Positions 38,763 to 51,437 of a stretch of DNA of 54,090 nt are shown in pieces. How positions within the stretch are numbered: the first letter of the stretch is position 1; each line of letters starts with the position of its first letter. The translations under genes were made by a program, and so were the position numbers. Location: assembly GCA_032718475.1 (NCBI GenBank), contig JAUCBJ010007710.1:1-54090 (forward strand). The letters are read 5' to 3'. Under the pieces are notes generated by a model, which saw only the letters and a program-made list of their open reading frames with translations, was not told the DNA's origin and ran no database searches. This DNA comes from Nemertoderma westbladi (Eukaryota > Animalia > Xenacoelomorpha).

Positions 38763-41185
38763 TGAACTTGACTATCTCTCCCACCTTTACCGCTTGACGG
38801 GCTTCGGTTCTAGCCATTTGACGCGTAAAACTTTCTTGGGCCATCATATTATTTAATATCGAATTATCGGTATATAAATTTCTCAGATTATGATCAGTTC
38901 TATATGGAATATCATTATCAACAGGTTTATTATTATCCTTAATAGGGTTTACTATAGGAGTTTCTACTTTCACTAGCAGTATAGATGCATGCAGGCTCCA
39001 CACCTTGCGAATTAAATACTTCAGACCTAACAGGTTGACACACTGTTACAGGGGGTGGTGTTACACCCTTTTGTATATTTACTAACTTATCGCGTTCTAA
39101 TGCGATACTCTGCTGCACTTCTTGCAACTCTAACCTACTTTTTCTTACTGTTCCCTTCAACTGCTGAACAGTCCCTTCCAACTCCCGGACCTGCTGGGAG
39201 GAACACGCTCGGTGTTCCCTCATCTGGCCGAGCAAGAGACCCATCTCCCGCTGTCCCTCATCCACCCACTCAACCGCCGAAGCGGGAGCCGCCAACATAG
39301 TAGCGGGCAGACGAGGGACGACGGGCGATAAATCTTTAATGTCTCGCTCGGCGTCCAGGACCGGGGTTATCTGAGGAACCGTCCTACTGGGCACAGGTAG
39401 TTTAGTACTGTGCAAAGGGAATTTAGAGTTAGGTTCTGGAAGTACAGGGGTCTCTCTCAAAGAGGGTGCGGCTTCAAGAACAGGCCCAATTATTTCAGGC
39501 TCATCTACTATAGTAGGTAGTCTTTCTATTCCAATAATTTGGTCTGTGGGCTCTGTACTACCTAAGTCTACACTAGCTAATTGCCTTCTCACAGCTGGGG
39601 GCAGATTAGGCAATTTCTGACGGTGTGGCGCTCTTCTACGTCCGCTGGAATGAGATCGATTTCCTCCGCCTTCATAATCTGTTGTATCGCACTCGTCAGA
39701 GGATATGAATCCCTGTCTTTTGGGAGTAGATCGACTTAGCAATTGCATATGAGTAGCTGTTCTCTGTTTATTGAAGTTGTCTTGCTTCTCTTGAAGATTT
39801 TCCAACTCTAGTTGGGTTGTCTCTTCAGATGCCCTCCATTCTGCTTCTGCCACTGCCGCTGCCGCTTTTCTTTCCGCTTCTACTGCTGCCGCTGCCGCTT
39901 TTGCCTCTGCCGCTGCCACTTTTCTTTCCGCTTCCGCCTCTGCCGCCGCCGCTGCTGCTGCCGACTTTCTTTCAACTTCTGCAGCTACCGCTGCTGCTGC
40001 CTTTCTGTCTTCTATTCGTTTTTTCTTTAACTGTTCTTCCTGTTCCTTAGCGATGCGGATGCTTTCATCAAATTTAGCATGCTCTATGGCTAACATTTCC
40101 GCATCTAATGCGTCCAACACAAATTTGGCTCCCTCACTCTTAGGGTGAAGTCCAGCTAGCCGTCTCCTCAACTCTTTGTCACCTATAAATCGCTGATAGT
40201 CCGACAGATAGATGTCAATAGCGTCCTTCTTCTGAGGTTTTTCAGTCGTCACTTCGCTTTCCACTTGAGAAAAGGCAGCGTCTGTTGATTCTCCATGGGT
40301 CGAGCGCTCAGCTAGCTGAATTTTCCATTGTGTCATTCCTTGGACTTTAAGACTCACTCGTTGGAACCAAGTCTTTACGGCGACTTGCAACGACGTATCT
40401 TGGCTTCTCTTCGAGGCTTCCTCAAAGGCTGAAAGAATTGGTCTGATCCGCAGAATTCGTTCGTGAACTTGATAAAGCAGCTCTCCCTGCTCTTGAGGTT
40501 TGTGAGGTTGTTGAAACAGGTGTTCCTCTAATTGCTCCAAAGAGCTGAAGAATCCCTGTACATATCCTGCTGCCGACCTCTTCCACACAGCGGGATCTCT
40601 AGTATCCTTGATTACTCCCATCCGGTGTAAGTCCTCCCAGGTAGCTTCCGATAAGTTAAACGGGAATCCGCTTCTGGGGAAGTTCCATTGCGTCTCGACA
40701 ATAGACTTCAGTTCTTCTATCGGGTATCCAGCATAAATATCCTTGGTCGATCGCTTACTTCTTGCCCAATCGATTTGATGTTCTTCCACAGCGATCAACA
40801 CTCTAGTGAGTACGGCCTCAGGAAGAATGAGAACTGGGTCCTCATAACCCGCCTCTGCCATCTCTGCTCCGATCTCTGGCGTCAACTCTACCGTATCTTG
40901 ACTACTGGAGCTATCGGGCCGCTGAGCAATAAGTTCTCGGCTCGGGTGTTGCTGGTGTTGCTGTTTAACAGCTGCCTCTTGGTCCCGCTTGACTTGAGCC
41001 CGCGTGCCTATAATAGACCTACGGTGCTTGACCAACCTAGGGTCTGAAACTACTACTGAAGGGATCACTTTTCTTACAGTAGGGGGGGACTGGAACTTCG
41101 GTCTAAGATGTTCTACACTATTGTCTGAGTCGCAGACTGTTCTTTCTAGGAGACTATCTGACAGAGTTTGTTTTGTGTCAGCCAT
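38734..41185 (-). pseudogene. gag: Long N-terminal gag extension (748-aa ORF plus an 89-aa frameshifted linker), Ala-rich coiled coil
   Basis: ATG at 41185. AAAAEAERK repeats at about 39830-40010. Overlaps the downstream gag frames through frameshifts near 38990 and 38755. Confidence 0.75.
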
Positions 41186-42950
41186 GTTTGATTGCGTAGT
41201 TGAATGCCTACTACTATAACGACAGTTAAAGCAAGTCTAGTAATTCAGTATACACTGTAAGCCTAGTGATCAACTACCGATACCATTACTCAATGTAACG
41301 CGATATATATAATATTAGAATACCGGTATACACTTATAGTATATATATAAGTATTGTTACAAACTAGGTTTAGTCACAGAATACCGGTATATAATTTCAG
41401 CCTAGACATATATAAATGCATATAATAAGCCTACCTTAAATACCGGTAATGTCAATTATTTTGTAATAACTGAATTTCTGAATTTAAAGGTTACTTTCCT
41501 TCACTTTATTACTGTTATCAAGTAGTAGCCCAACTGATATTAAGACCTAGTTGAGGTATAACAGGCCTACTATTTTATAAATCAGTTGGAGTTGATTTAT
41601 AATATATTTGTACCCGTACAAGGGTTTTTGCCAATATTTGAAACAAATGTTATTGTTTCTGGTTAGGGGGTCACTACACAAAAGCTAAACGCTCTCAGTG
41701 GAGTGCTACCTGTTGGACACTAAAACAAATAATTCTACTTTTCTAAGTTACTTATTACTACTAATTACTTACAAACAGGGTGAGATTATCTCTAAATAAA
41801 CAATAACAAATTACACGTACAAATTTTAGGGTAACTTTACAGGGAATCTACAAACCAGTCTAACAGGGTGTTAGAATTTCTGGTTATTACAAACGGACAG
41901 GATACTAAGGTATTTGAAAATAATTAAGCAGTAGTAAATACACTGTGTTGTCCAGATAAGAAATTACCACCATCTGACGACTTATAGTCTTGTTGCTCTA
42001 CAGCACTATAAGTACTACGTTATGTACCCGGAGTGTCCCTACCTAGAAGTTAATTACCGCAGCCAACCAGAGCTAACGTGCCTATTAACCACTTTACAAC
42101 ACAAATATACTGCCTACAAACTAAATTACCTTCGGAGAGTATTGTACACTAAACCCTAGATTAGGTACAAATACTTATATAACAAATAACCAACAGTTAA
42201 ATATACTTGAACAGCTAAAAGAACCACGGTATCTGCTGGAGTGACTAGAGCATAAAATCACCAGTCTTTACCTAAGCCAAGCAGCCCTGATGTAGTACCG
42301 GGGTTAATTTAACTATAACGGTATGTATAACAAGCACAATTACTGTAGGAATAAACTGGGGGAGTTTGAAGGTTGCGAATACTTGCATAAACTCTGAATA
42401 ATAAATATTACGCTACCTGTACAGACTATACAAACAAAATACAGACCAAATTCTGGCAGGCTACTGGCAAGCCTAAATAAACTACAGTATATGCAGACTC
42501 CGAAATGGTTAGTTAGTATGCGTTCTAACCGAGTAGCACGACTTATTCTTTCGGGGGGGATTTACCTTACAACTCAAGATGCCCCTACTTTCCTAACTAG
42601 TACTTTATCGGACATACACTCTACACACACTGCAATCTCTTCAAACTTAACAACAGCTAGACAACAATCCAGCCTACAAATTATCTATACAATCTGAGCA
42701 GGCTCACTGCCTTCTGTTCAATATAACACTTACAGATAAATAACACTGACAGAAATAAATAAGCTCTAAAAGAAACAAGGGGTGTACAGTCCCTAATTTC
42801 TTAAACAGCCTACCACTATACAATTATCAAAATCGAATAATACTGCTGTACTTGTAAGTACCGGTTCGGGCAGTTAGGCCTACAGCTTACCGTTCGACCG
42901 GTACTTCGGCTTTATTGTCTACGACGCAATAAAGAAAATAAAACTGTTAT

Positions 42951-44490
42951 TGTTCGCGCTTTTAGACCTTTAGCAGTTTAACCTGCCATTTTTAGGTGTC
43001 TTCCAATTTATAAATCGACTTTAGCCTACAATTATTTATTACACTGGAATAACATTAGCCGAAAACAGTCTGTGCGCGACCATTCACCCACTGTTAAGGG
43101 AGACTGGATTCGGGAGCTTGGATTTATTATTGCGTTGCAGACCTACTGTATTATTCGATTGATCGTTACTATATAATCCCTGACAATATATTTACAGTAC
43201 AGGCCACTAGAAAACGCAGATTTGTACAATTGTGAACACATTTTATCAAATGTGTACCAGTGTAATGTAATGTTGTTGAATGGGACAATTGAACATAATT
43301 GAACATAATTGAATTGGCAACAACCAAAATTTTTTCGCCAAAGGATACAATTGAATACTTTTGAAACGCTTAGTAATCTGGAAACTCTCTGTAGTTTGCC
43401 GCAAACTGTCACTCACTGCAGCTGGAAATGCGATAAGGATTTTGTTTACCTTTATAGTGTGCGGTTAATAGTGTCTAGTAGGCAGGCCTATAGTTAGAGA
43501 TGTTAAGCCATCTTCTGGTGTTTCTCTGTGCCCTCTCGGTGTCAGACTAATGGCGCGACATCTCCCTGCACTAAATTAATTATTCAATGGTCTAGGCTCG
43601 TCCATCCATATACCCATCCACTCCCATACACTCCATGAACCTCCATGTGGTCTTGTATGTAGTTCTCTCTCTACCAATACAGCCCATGTCCGCAATGTTA
43701 CGTCCTGTGGGCTCTCTCATCTACCTGATATCAGACATACAGGCGCACCGCACACTAAGCCTTTGTTGGTCCCAGCAAGTTAGCTAGATAACTCGCCATA
43801 ACCTGCCAATCAGATGACTTGAACAAATGTGTTCACATGTGATCACATTGGATGAAATCTGCTTTTTCTGGTGGCCTGTACTGTACTTTCGGGGAAATAT
43901 TAACAGTTCCTTTAGGACGTGGCGCTTTAAGTATAATAAACAGAGTTATGACTTATACTAATCACAACTAGATGTCTTGGAGTTGCATAAAAGGCGCATT
44001 CTTTAGGAGATGCTTTGTTATCAATCACACCACCTCACACGACTTCACACTGATTTACACTACTTCACACTAATCTGCCGACAGTCATTGAATTTGATCA
44101 TATATAAGGAGGATCGCAACGGACACCTGTAGGTATTATGAAATAGCATTTAATTCACACAAAACCACTATAATGTAAGTCGCAGTTGCTACCGGTAACC
44201 TGTCCTCTCACCTTCAGTAATCAAGAAGATTGGGGTTTTTGGGTTCTTTATCGGTATTCTCCAAATATAACAATATATCCATCAACAGATATAACCATTA
44301 ATACAAACAGTAAAATAATGCAGTGAATGCAGTAGTGCAGTTAATTAAGTAAGTATGAGAATGATATGAGTCAAGTTAACAGTTTTAGGCTTCTATAATC
44401 CAAGGTATCAGCACAGCAGTGTAGCTAAAGTCTGAAACCTCTATAGAAACACAAAAGAATCCTAAGCCAGTGTTTTGGGCTTAGAAAATA
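42951..44490 (-). repeat. 5' LTR of the BEL element, interrupted by a MITE and missing about 330 bp of its outer (U3) end
   Basis: Matches 25875-26726. By eye, about 5 substitutions and 1 indel over 43885-44490. Homology stops abruptly at 44490. Confidence 0.9.
43195..43883. mobile_element. Tc1/mariner-type MITE (689 bp)
   Basis: TIRs cagtacaggccactagaaaacgcagattt / aaatctgctttttctggtggcctgtactg. TA duplicated at 43193-43194 and 43884-43885. The empty site (single TA) is seen at 26120-26121 in the other LTR. Confidence 0.92.
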
Positions 44491-45683
44491 ATCTTTAATT
44501 AGATTTAAATGTATAATTAATACTGTATACCAGTGTACCTGTTAATAAATTTCACTTATATTCGAAATAGTACATGATTAAAATGTATAAATGAGCATCC
44601 TTAAAATCCTTTCTTCACATACCAAACGCTTTATAAATACTAGAAAGCCAGCAAGCTGGCTTTAAACGAACCTGCCCCTCAAACCAGTACCGCAGTACCC
44701 TGAGTGAGCAAAAATGGAAACACGAAAATTGCCATCAACTCAACGATAGAAACACCAGCTGCTGGTACTCATGTGGGCCTAGTAAGCTACTACTATTTAT
44801 TGAATGGATAGCCCAAACTGCAGAGAAGTATATTACTTGCCAAATTTATTACTATCTCACTCTAACCCAGACAGTAATCAAACATCAACTGTAAGTTTGT
44901 TATTACCCCACCAGATGAATAGCTCCTCCCAGTGAATCCTATGACAATAATCTACAAGGTTACTCACTGCTATGTTAGATGGGAGGCCAGGTAATTGAAT
45001 TGTAAGCACTGGGCCGTTTAAATGGTTTATAGGTCGATGATAATGAATGCGTGTAACACTGCGTTTGTCTATATGGACGGTATCCTTATAGCCAGCTGGC
45101 TGGCTTTTCTAGTTGAATCATATTATTCTGCAACCAAATAATTTACTCTTTTAGACGAATTTGTGCGTTTTTTTGCCGGACTAAGAAATTTGGCGACGTT
45201 CTGTGCGAGATTGGCTCAAATATGTTTCTCAAATGACTGAATAGTCCAAATAAAAACGTTGGTGCATACTCGACGAGTTGAAATCGGTGAAATTCGACTT
45301 TAAATTTTCAAAACCGCTATTTTTCAGTGACCCCGTGATCGAAACGCCACAAAAACTATACAGTCTTGTGCGCAACCAAAATTTATGTAGAGTTTGTTAT
45401 TCAAATTTTTGCGTACCTGATTGAGTTTTTAGATATTGGATGGTTATACATATACACACACACACATAACCACATCGTGTTTTTGAACGGCTCAACTCTT
45501 GACAAGAACTACTCTGGCCTATTAATAGGCAGGTTCGTTATAAGTTGACACAATAACAAAATTACATACATCATTGCTTGCAAAGGTCACTTTTCAGCGT
45601 TAAAAACCCTTGTTTATTTATGTAGACCTCCCTCGCTACGCTCGCTCGGTACATCAATATTCTCGGGTCATAACGCTGCAAAG

Positions 45684-48600
45684 GGTTATATTGAAAAATA
45701 TCGAGACATGAAAAATATCGAGTGTTGAAAAATAACGATAATAACGAGAGTTCAAAAAATATCGAGAGTAAAAATATCGAGTGTTGAAAAACATCGAGTG
45801 TTGAAAAACATCGAGAGTAAAAATATCGAGTGTTGAAAAATATCGAGAGTAAAAATATCGAGTGTTGAAAAATATCGAGAGTAAAAATGTCGAGTGTTGA
45901 AAAACATCGAGAGTAAAAATATCGAGTGTTGAAAAATATCGAGAGTAAAAATATCGAGTGTTGAAAAATATCGAGTGTTGAAAAATATCGAGTGTTGAAA
46001 AATATCGAGTGTTGAAAAATTTCGAGAGTAAAAATATCGAGTGTTGAAAAAAATATAGAATGTTGAAAAATATCGAGAGTAAAAATATCGATAGTAACAA
46101 TTTTTTTAAATAAGGGTTGTATGATAATTTTTTTTACTAAAAATGTTCTAGAACAACAATATTTATCAACATTTGGTAGCTTATACGTGTTCTAATATAA
46201 TATTTAACAATATTTATAATATTTATCAAAATTTATAGCTAGCACTTCTTTTATAATATTTATAAAAAAAATAGCAAAAACTAGCTAGTATAATAAATCT
46301 GGTAAATGGGTACCCAAGGTGTTACATAATGCCATTCACTTGCACTTGCACTGTTGTAACCCATGCACTGCAATATTGTTCCATAATTCTAAATAAAATG
46401 CTCAAGCAAAATGCAATATTTTTACTCTCGATATTTTTCAACACTCGATATTTTTCAACACTCGATATTTTTACTCTCGATATTTTTCAACACTCGATAT
46501 TTTCAACACTCGATATTTTTACTCTCGATTTTTTTACTCTCGATATTTTTCAACACTCGATATTTTTCAACACTCGATATTTTTACTCTCGATATTTTTC
46601 AACACTCGATATTTTCAACACTCGTTATTTTTACTCTCGATATTTTTACTCTCGATATTTTTCAACACTCGATATTTTTCAACACTCGATATTTTTACTC
46701 TCGATTTTTTTCAACACTCGATATTTTTACTCTCGATATTTTTCAACACTCGATATTTTTACTCTCGATATTTTTCAACACTCGATATTTTCAACACTCG
46801 TTATTTTTACTCTCGATATTTTTACTCTCGATATTTTTCAACACTCGATATTTTTACTCTCGATATTTTTACTCTCGATATTTTTCAACACTCGATATTT
46901 TTCAACACTCGATATTTTTACTCTCGATATTTTTCAACACTCGATATTTTTACTCTCGATATTTTTCAACACTCGATATTTTCAACACTCGTTATTTTTA
47001 CTCTCGATATTTTTACTCTCGATATTTTTCAACACTCGATATTTTTCAAGTCTCGATATTTTTCAACACTCGATATTTTTACTCTCGATATTTTTCAACA
47101 CTCGATATTTTTACTCTCGATATTTTTCAACACTCGATATTTTTACTCTCGATTTTTTTCAACACTCGATATTTTTACTCTCGATATTTTTCAACACTCG
47201 ATATTTTTACTCTCGATATTTTTCAACACTCGATATTTTTACTCTCGATATTTTTCAACACTCGATATTTTTACTCTCGATATTTTTCAACACTCGATAT
47301 TTTTACTCTCGATATTTTTCAACACTCGATATTTTTACTCTCGATATTTTTCAACACTCGATATTTTCAACACTCGTTATTTTTACTCTCGATATTTTTA
47401 CTCTCGATATTTTTCAACACTCGATATTTTTACTCTCGATATTTTTACTCTCGATATTTTTCAACACTCGATATTTTTACTCTCGATATTTTTCAACACT
47501 CGATATTTTCAACACTCGTTATTTTTACTCTCGATATTTTTACTCTCGATATTTTTCAACACTCGATTTTTTTCAACACTCGATATTTTTACTCTCGATA
47601 TTTTTCAACACTCGATATTTTTACTCTCGATATTTTTCAACACTCGATATTTTCAACACTCGTTATTTTTACTCTCGATATTTTTACTCTCGATATTTTT
47701 CAACACTCGATATTTTTACTCTCGATATTTTTACTCTCGATATTTTTCAACACTCGATATTTTTCAACACTCGATATTTTTACTCTCGATATTTTTCAAC
47801 ACTCGATATTTTTACTCTCGATATTTTTCAACACTCGATATTTTCAACACTCGTTATTTTTACTCTCGATATTTTTACTCTCGATATTTTTCAACACTCG
47901 ATATTTTTCAAGTCTCGATATTTTTCAACACTCGATATTTTTACTCTCGATATTTTTCAACACTCGATATTTTTACTCTCGATATTTTTCAACACTCGAT
48001 ATTTTTACTCTCGATTTTTTTCAACACTCGATATTTTTACTCTCGATATTTTTCAACACTCGATATTTTTACTCTCGATATTTTTCAACACTCGATATTT
48101 TTACTCTCGATATTTTTCAACACTCGATATTTTTACTCTCGATATTTTTCAACACTCGATATTTTTACTCTCGATATTTTTCAACACTCGATATTTTTAC
48201 TCTCGATATTTTTCAACACTCGATATTTTCAACACTCGTTATTTTTACTCTCGATATTTTTACTCTCGATATTTTTCAACACTCGATATTTTTCAAGTCT
48301 CGATATTTTTCAACACTCGATATTTTTACTCTCGATATTTTTCAACACTCGATATTTTTACTCTCGATATTTTTCAACACTCGATATTTTTACTCTCGAT
48401 TTTTTTCAACACTCGATATTTTTACTCTCGATATTTTTCAACACTCGATATTTTTACTCTCGATATTTTTCAACACTCGATATTTTCAACACTCGTTATT
48501 TTTACTCTCGATATTTTTACTCTCGATATTTTTCAACACTCGATATTTTTACTCTCGATATTTTTACTCTCGATATTTTTACTCTCGATATTTTTCAACA

Positions 48601-49281
48601 CTCGATATTTTTCAACACTCGATATTTTTACTCTCGATTTTTTTCAACACTCGATATTTTTACTCTCGATATTTTTCAACACTCGATATTTTTACTCTCG
48701 ATATTTTTCAACACTCGATATTTTCAACACTCGTTATTTTTACTCTCGATATTTTTACTCTCGATATTTTTCAACACTCGATATTTTTACTCTCGATATT
48801 TTTACTCTCGATATTTTTACTCTCGATATTTTTCAACACTCGATATTTTTACTCTCGATATTTTTACTCTCGATATTTTTCAACACTCGATATTTTTCAA
48901 CACTCGATATTTTTACTCTCGATATTTTTCAACACTCGATATTTTGACTCTCGATATTTTTCAACACTCGATATTTTTACTCTCGATATTTTTACTCTCG
49001 ATATTTTTCAACACTCGATATTTTTACTCTCGATATTTTTCAACACTCGATATTTTAACTCTCGATATTTTTAACACTCGATATTTTTCAACACTCGTTA
49101 TTTTCGATATTTTTCATCTCGCGTTATTTTTACTCTCGATATTTTTTAATCACGTTAATTTTCAACACTCGTTATTTTTACTCTCGATATTTTTACTCTC
49201 GTTATTTTTACTCTCGATATTTTTACTCTCGTTATTTTTACTCTCGATGTTTTTCAAGTCTCGATATTTTTCACCATTACC
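45684..49281. mobile_element. Foldback-type DNA transposon with satellite-filled inverted arms
   Basis: 8-bp TSD ctgcaaag at 45676-45683 and 49282-49289. Termini ggttatattgaaaaatatcgagac / gtctcgatatttttcaccattacc. Left arm about 45690-46095, AT-rich spacer, right arm about 46415-49275 in the opposite orientation. Confidence 0.85.
46415..49275 (+). repeat. Satellite array of interleaved 14-bp (actctcgatatttt-type) and 15/16-bp (caacactcgatattttt-type) units
   Basis: Directly visible. Rare variants (ctcgtta, caagtctcg) recur periodically. Confidence 0.97.
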
Positions 49282-49972
49282 CTGCAAAGTGCTACAGTAC
49301 TTTGCACACAATGATGTAAATGGTTATGGCTAGTTTCCCTAGCAATATGCAAAAATTAAAAATAAACAAAAATATGTTATCGTTGGAGGTTTTACAATGT
49401 CTAGACAGTATCCCGTATGAAAGAGAAGGCCGAATTTAGAGTGATGGGAGTGTATTGCTGCCAGCCTTTGTAGTGAGGCCCCTGATGGTGTGGTGGTGAC
49501 GAGGGGTGGAGGGTGCGCCAGTCATATTTTCCCATAACGGTCGCGCATATGACCTCAAATTACCGAAGATTACAATTACAATATCAATATCAAAAATACG
49601 AAGGATTAAAATATCGTAATAATTAAAAAAAAACCTGAAAAAACCGGACTTCTTCAATACATACATAATTTATAAAAGTTTATATTTCGTGTTCTTTATA
49701 TAATTTACATACATATGTTTATTCAGCGGCAAAATTACATAATTATCAATTTGGGGAAAATGCCCTAAGTAACGGCATACTACAATACAAACACATGCAA
49801 ATTTAACCTATTGTATAGTTTAGGTTAGAACAGCCTGATATTTTAACCTAATCCTCCTTGTTCCTAATCCTTAATTCATGTTTAACATTGTTGATAATAT
49901 GTTCATTTGGTATTTGACATATCCACCTTCCACTCATGAAGCCTTCTCCTCTGAATCTTTGTAACAAGAAAG

Positions 49973-50780
49973 TTACACCCGGGAATCCAAACTACAACAT
50001 TTTATAGCTGCGAACGACCAGCTTCCGCACGGATACGGTTTACATGCATTCTGGTGCCACGACGTACAAAATCCCGTCACGATTTTGCTCGTACCGCAAT
50101 ATTTATTGGTCCCTTCGGCCATGCAAACCCATTGACACCCGTACGGTTTGGGGTACCTTGTAAGCAGAGCTCGGTTTAATTTGTTCGCAATGTCAATAAT
50201 TGTCAAATCGTAACTCGCAATTTTTGAGAGAAACTCGTTCATGGCTTTATCATGGTAATCAAGCGAATCGAGGAATTTGGTATCGTTAACCATAAGTCGC
50301 TTAATATCATTGATTTGTTCGTCCAACATAGGCTGCATCATCGAAACATCTTTATTAACATTTTCCCTCAACAACCGTAGATGATTATCATTTAAACTTC
50401 TGATCATTTCCTTAAAACCGTTTGCTTGATCAGCGAGACCCTTCTTATCATCGATATGTTTGTTTTCCAAACTCTCAAGATTAATATATATCTCTTCTAT
50501 GATACCATTAATTACTGATAGTTGATCCTGTTTCAGACCCAGGGCTGTGGCAGTCTCGCGTGTCACACCTGTTTGTTCAGATTTTATAACCGGTACATTC
50601 ACCACAAACAGATAAAAAATCGAGGCGATAATTAAAAGTTGCATTAATATCATAAAAAACAATAATCTCCTCTTTGAGCACAGACACCAAAAGTCGTCGT
50701 CTCGCTTCTTCTGTGGTGGATCGTTCCTGTAATTCATGTTGATACTCGCGTATTGTGGTTCTTCATCGACATCACTTTCA
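49973..50780 (-). CDS. Exon 2 of a type II membrane protein (TM, coiled coil, Cys-rich head)
   Basis: Acceptor ttatattttAG at 50782-50781. TM LLFFMILMQLLIIASIFYLFVV, heptad-rich neck, C-terminal CQWVC..YC..IVTGFC..C...C..AIKCC. Confidence 0.75.
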
Positions 50781-51117
50781 CTAAAATATAATAAATAATT
50801 TGATTGTTTTAATTTATTTGTTTTTATGTGTTTATTTATATGTTTAATTTAGCTTATAATTAAAGAACATCCTATCGTTTTTGAATAGAAACCTCTTGGA
50901 AACCAATTTAAACAGAAATACTCTTATAGAAGTTGGTGGACAAAGAAAACCTCTAGTAAACAAATAACCCCTAATACACACACCATCTTAAACATAAAAC
51001 CCTCAATACAGACACACCATTTTATATCGCCAAAACTGCCCATATAAAAAAAAATATTTTAACTGGCTTCCTCTCTAATAAGACTTCTCTTTAACATTCA
51101 TGATAATGCAGTCTTAC

Positions 51118-51437
51118 CTGTTGAGTTGTCTGATATGCATTCCACTGAATTCTCCATGAATCTCGTTCTGTAGGTATCCGAAGTTATCCGTACCTCCCTT
51201 ATTGGTGGGATTCTCTGACGTAGGATATATAGAAAGGCTGGTGTCTGCGGACACCGGTGGTGCGGGGAGCGGTTGTGTTTGACGGAAGGATATCGCACCG
51301 GGTTTACTGGGCTCTGCATATCTTGGTTCATCAACTACATCTGTACGGACACCAACACCGCAATCATCTTCTTGCAGTTCTATTTCCTTTTCTTTAACCA
51401 TATCATCATCGGGGAGATCGCCAGATGACGCCATCAT
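51118..51437 (-). CDS. Exon 1 (cytoplasmic acidic/Pro-rich region) of the same gene; spliced product about 375 aa
   Basis: ATG at 51437. Donor cag|GTAAGA at 51117. The phase-2 junction (AG|T) joins in frame to ESDVDEEPQYASIN-MNYR. Confidence 0.7.

Larger units (their letters stand above)
25875..44490 (-). mobile_element. Giant BEL/Pao LTR retrotransposon with an extra ORF
   Basis: Direct repeats at 25875-26726 and 42951-44490. BEL-type gag-pol at 41185-33039. Extra ORF at 31388-27137. PPT next to the 3' LTR. Confidence 0.92.

Noticed and set aside
33400-39003. Frame changes in BEL gag-pol as programmed frameshifts
   Set aside because: They fall inside conserved domains (e.g. KFNG/WLPF) and come with an in-frame stop, which fits decay or sequence error.
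39812-40050. Cys/Arg-rich and Leu/Pro-rich plus-strand ORFs
   Set aside because: Antisense readings of the Ala-rich gag repeat.
45690-49275. Possible CRISPR array (also considered for 239-355)
   Set aside because: No unique spacers, no cas genes and a eukaryotic context.
46329-49333. 872-aa, 887-aa and 129-aa ORFs (also 45654-46100)
   Set aside because: Stop-free translations of the satellite. The same peptides appear in all three frames.
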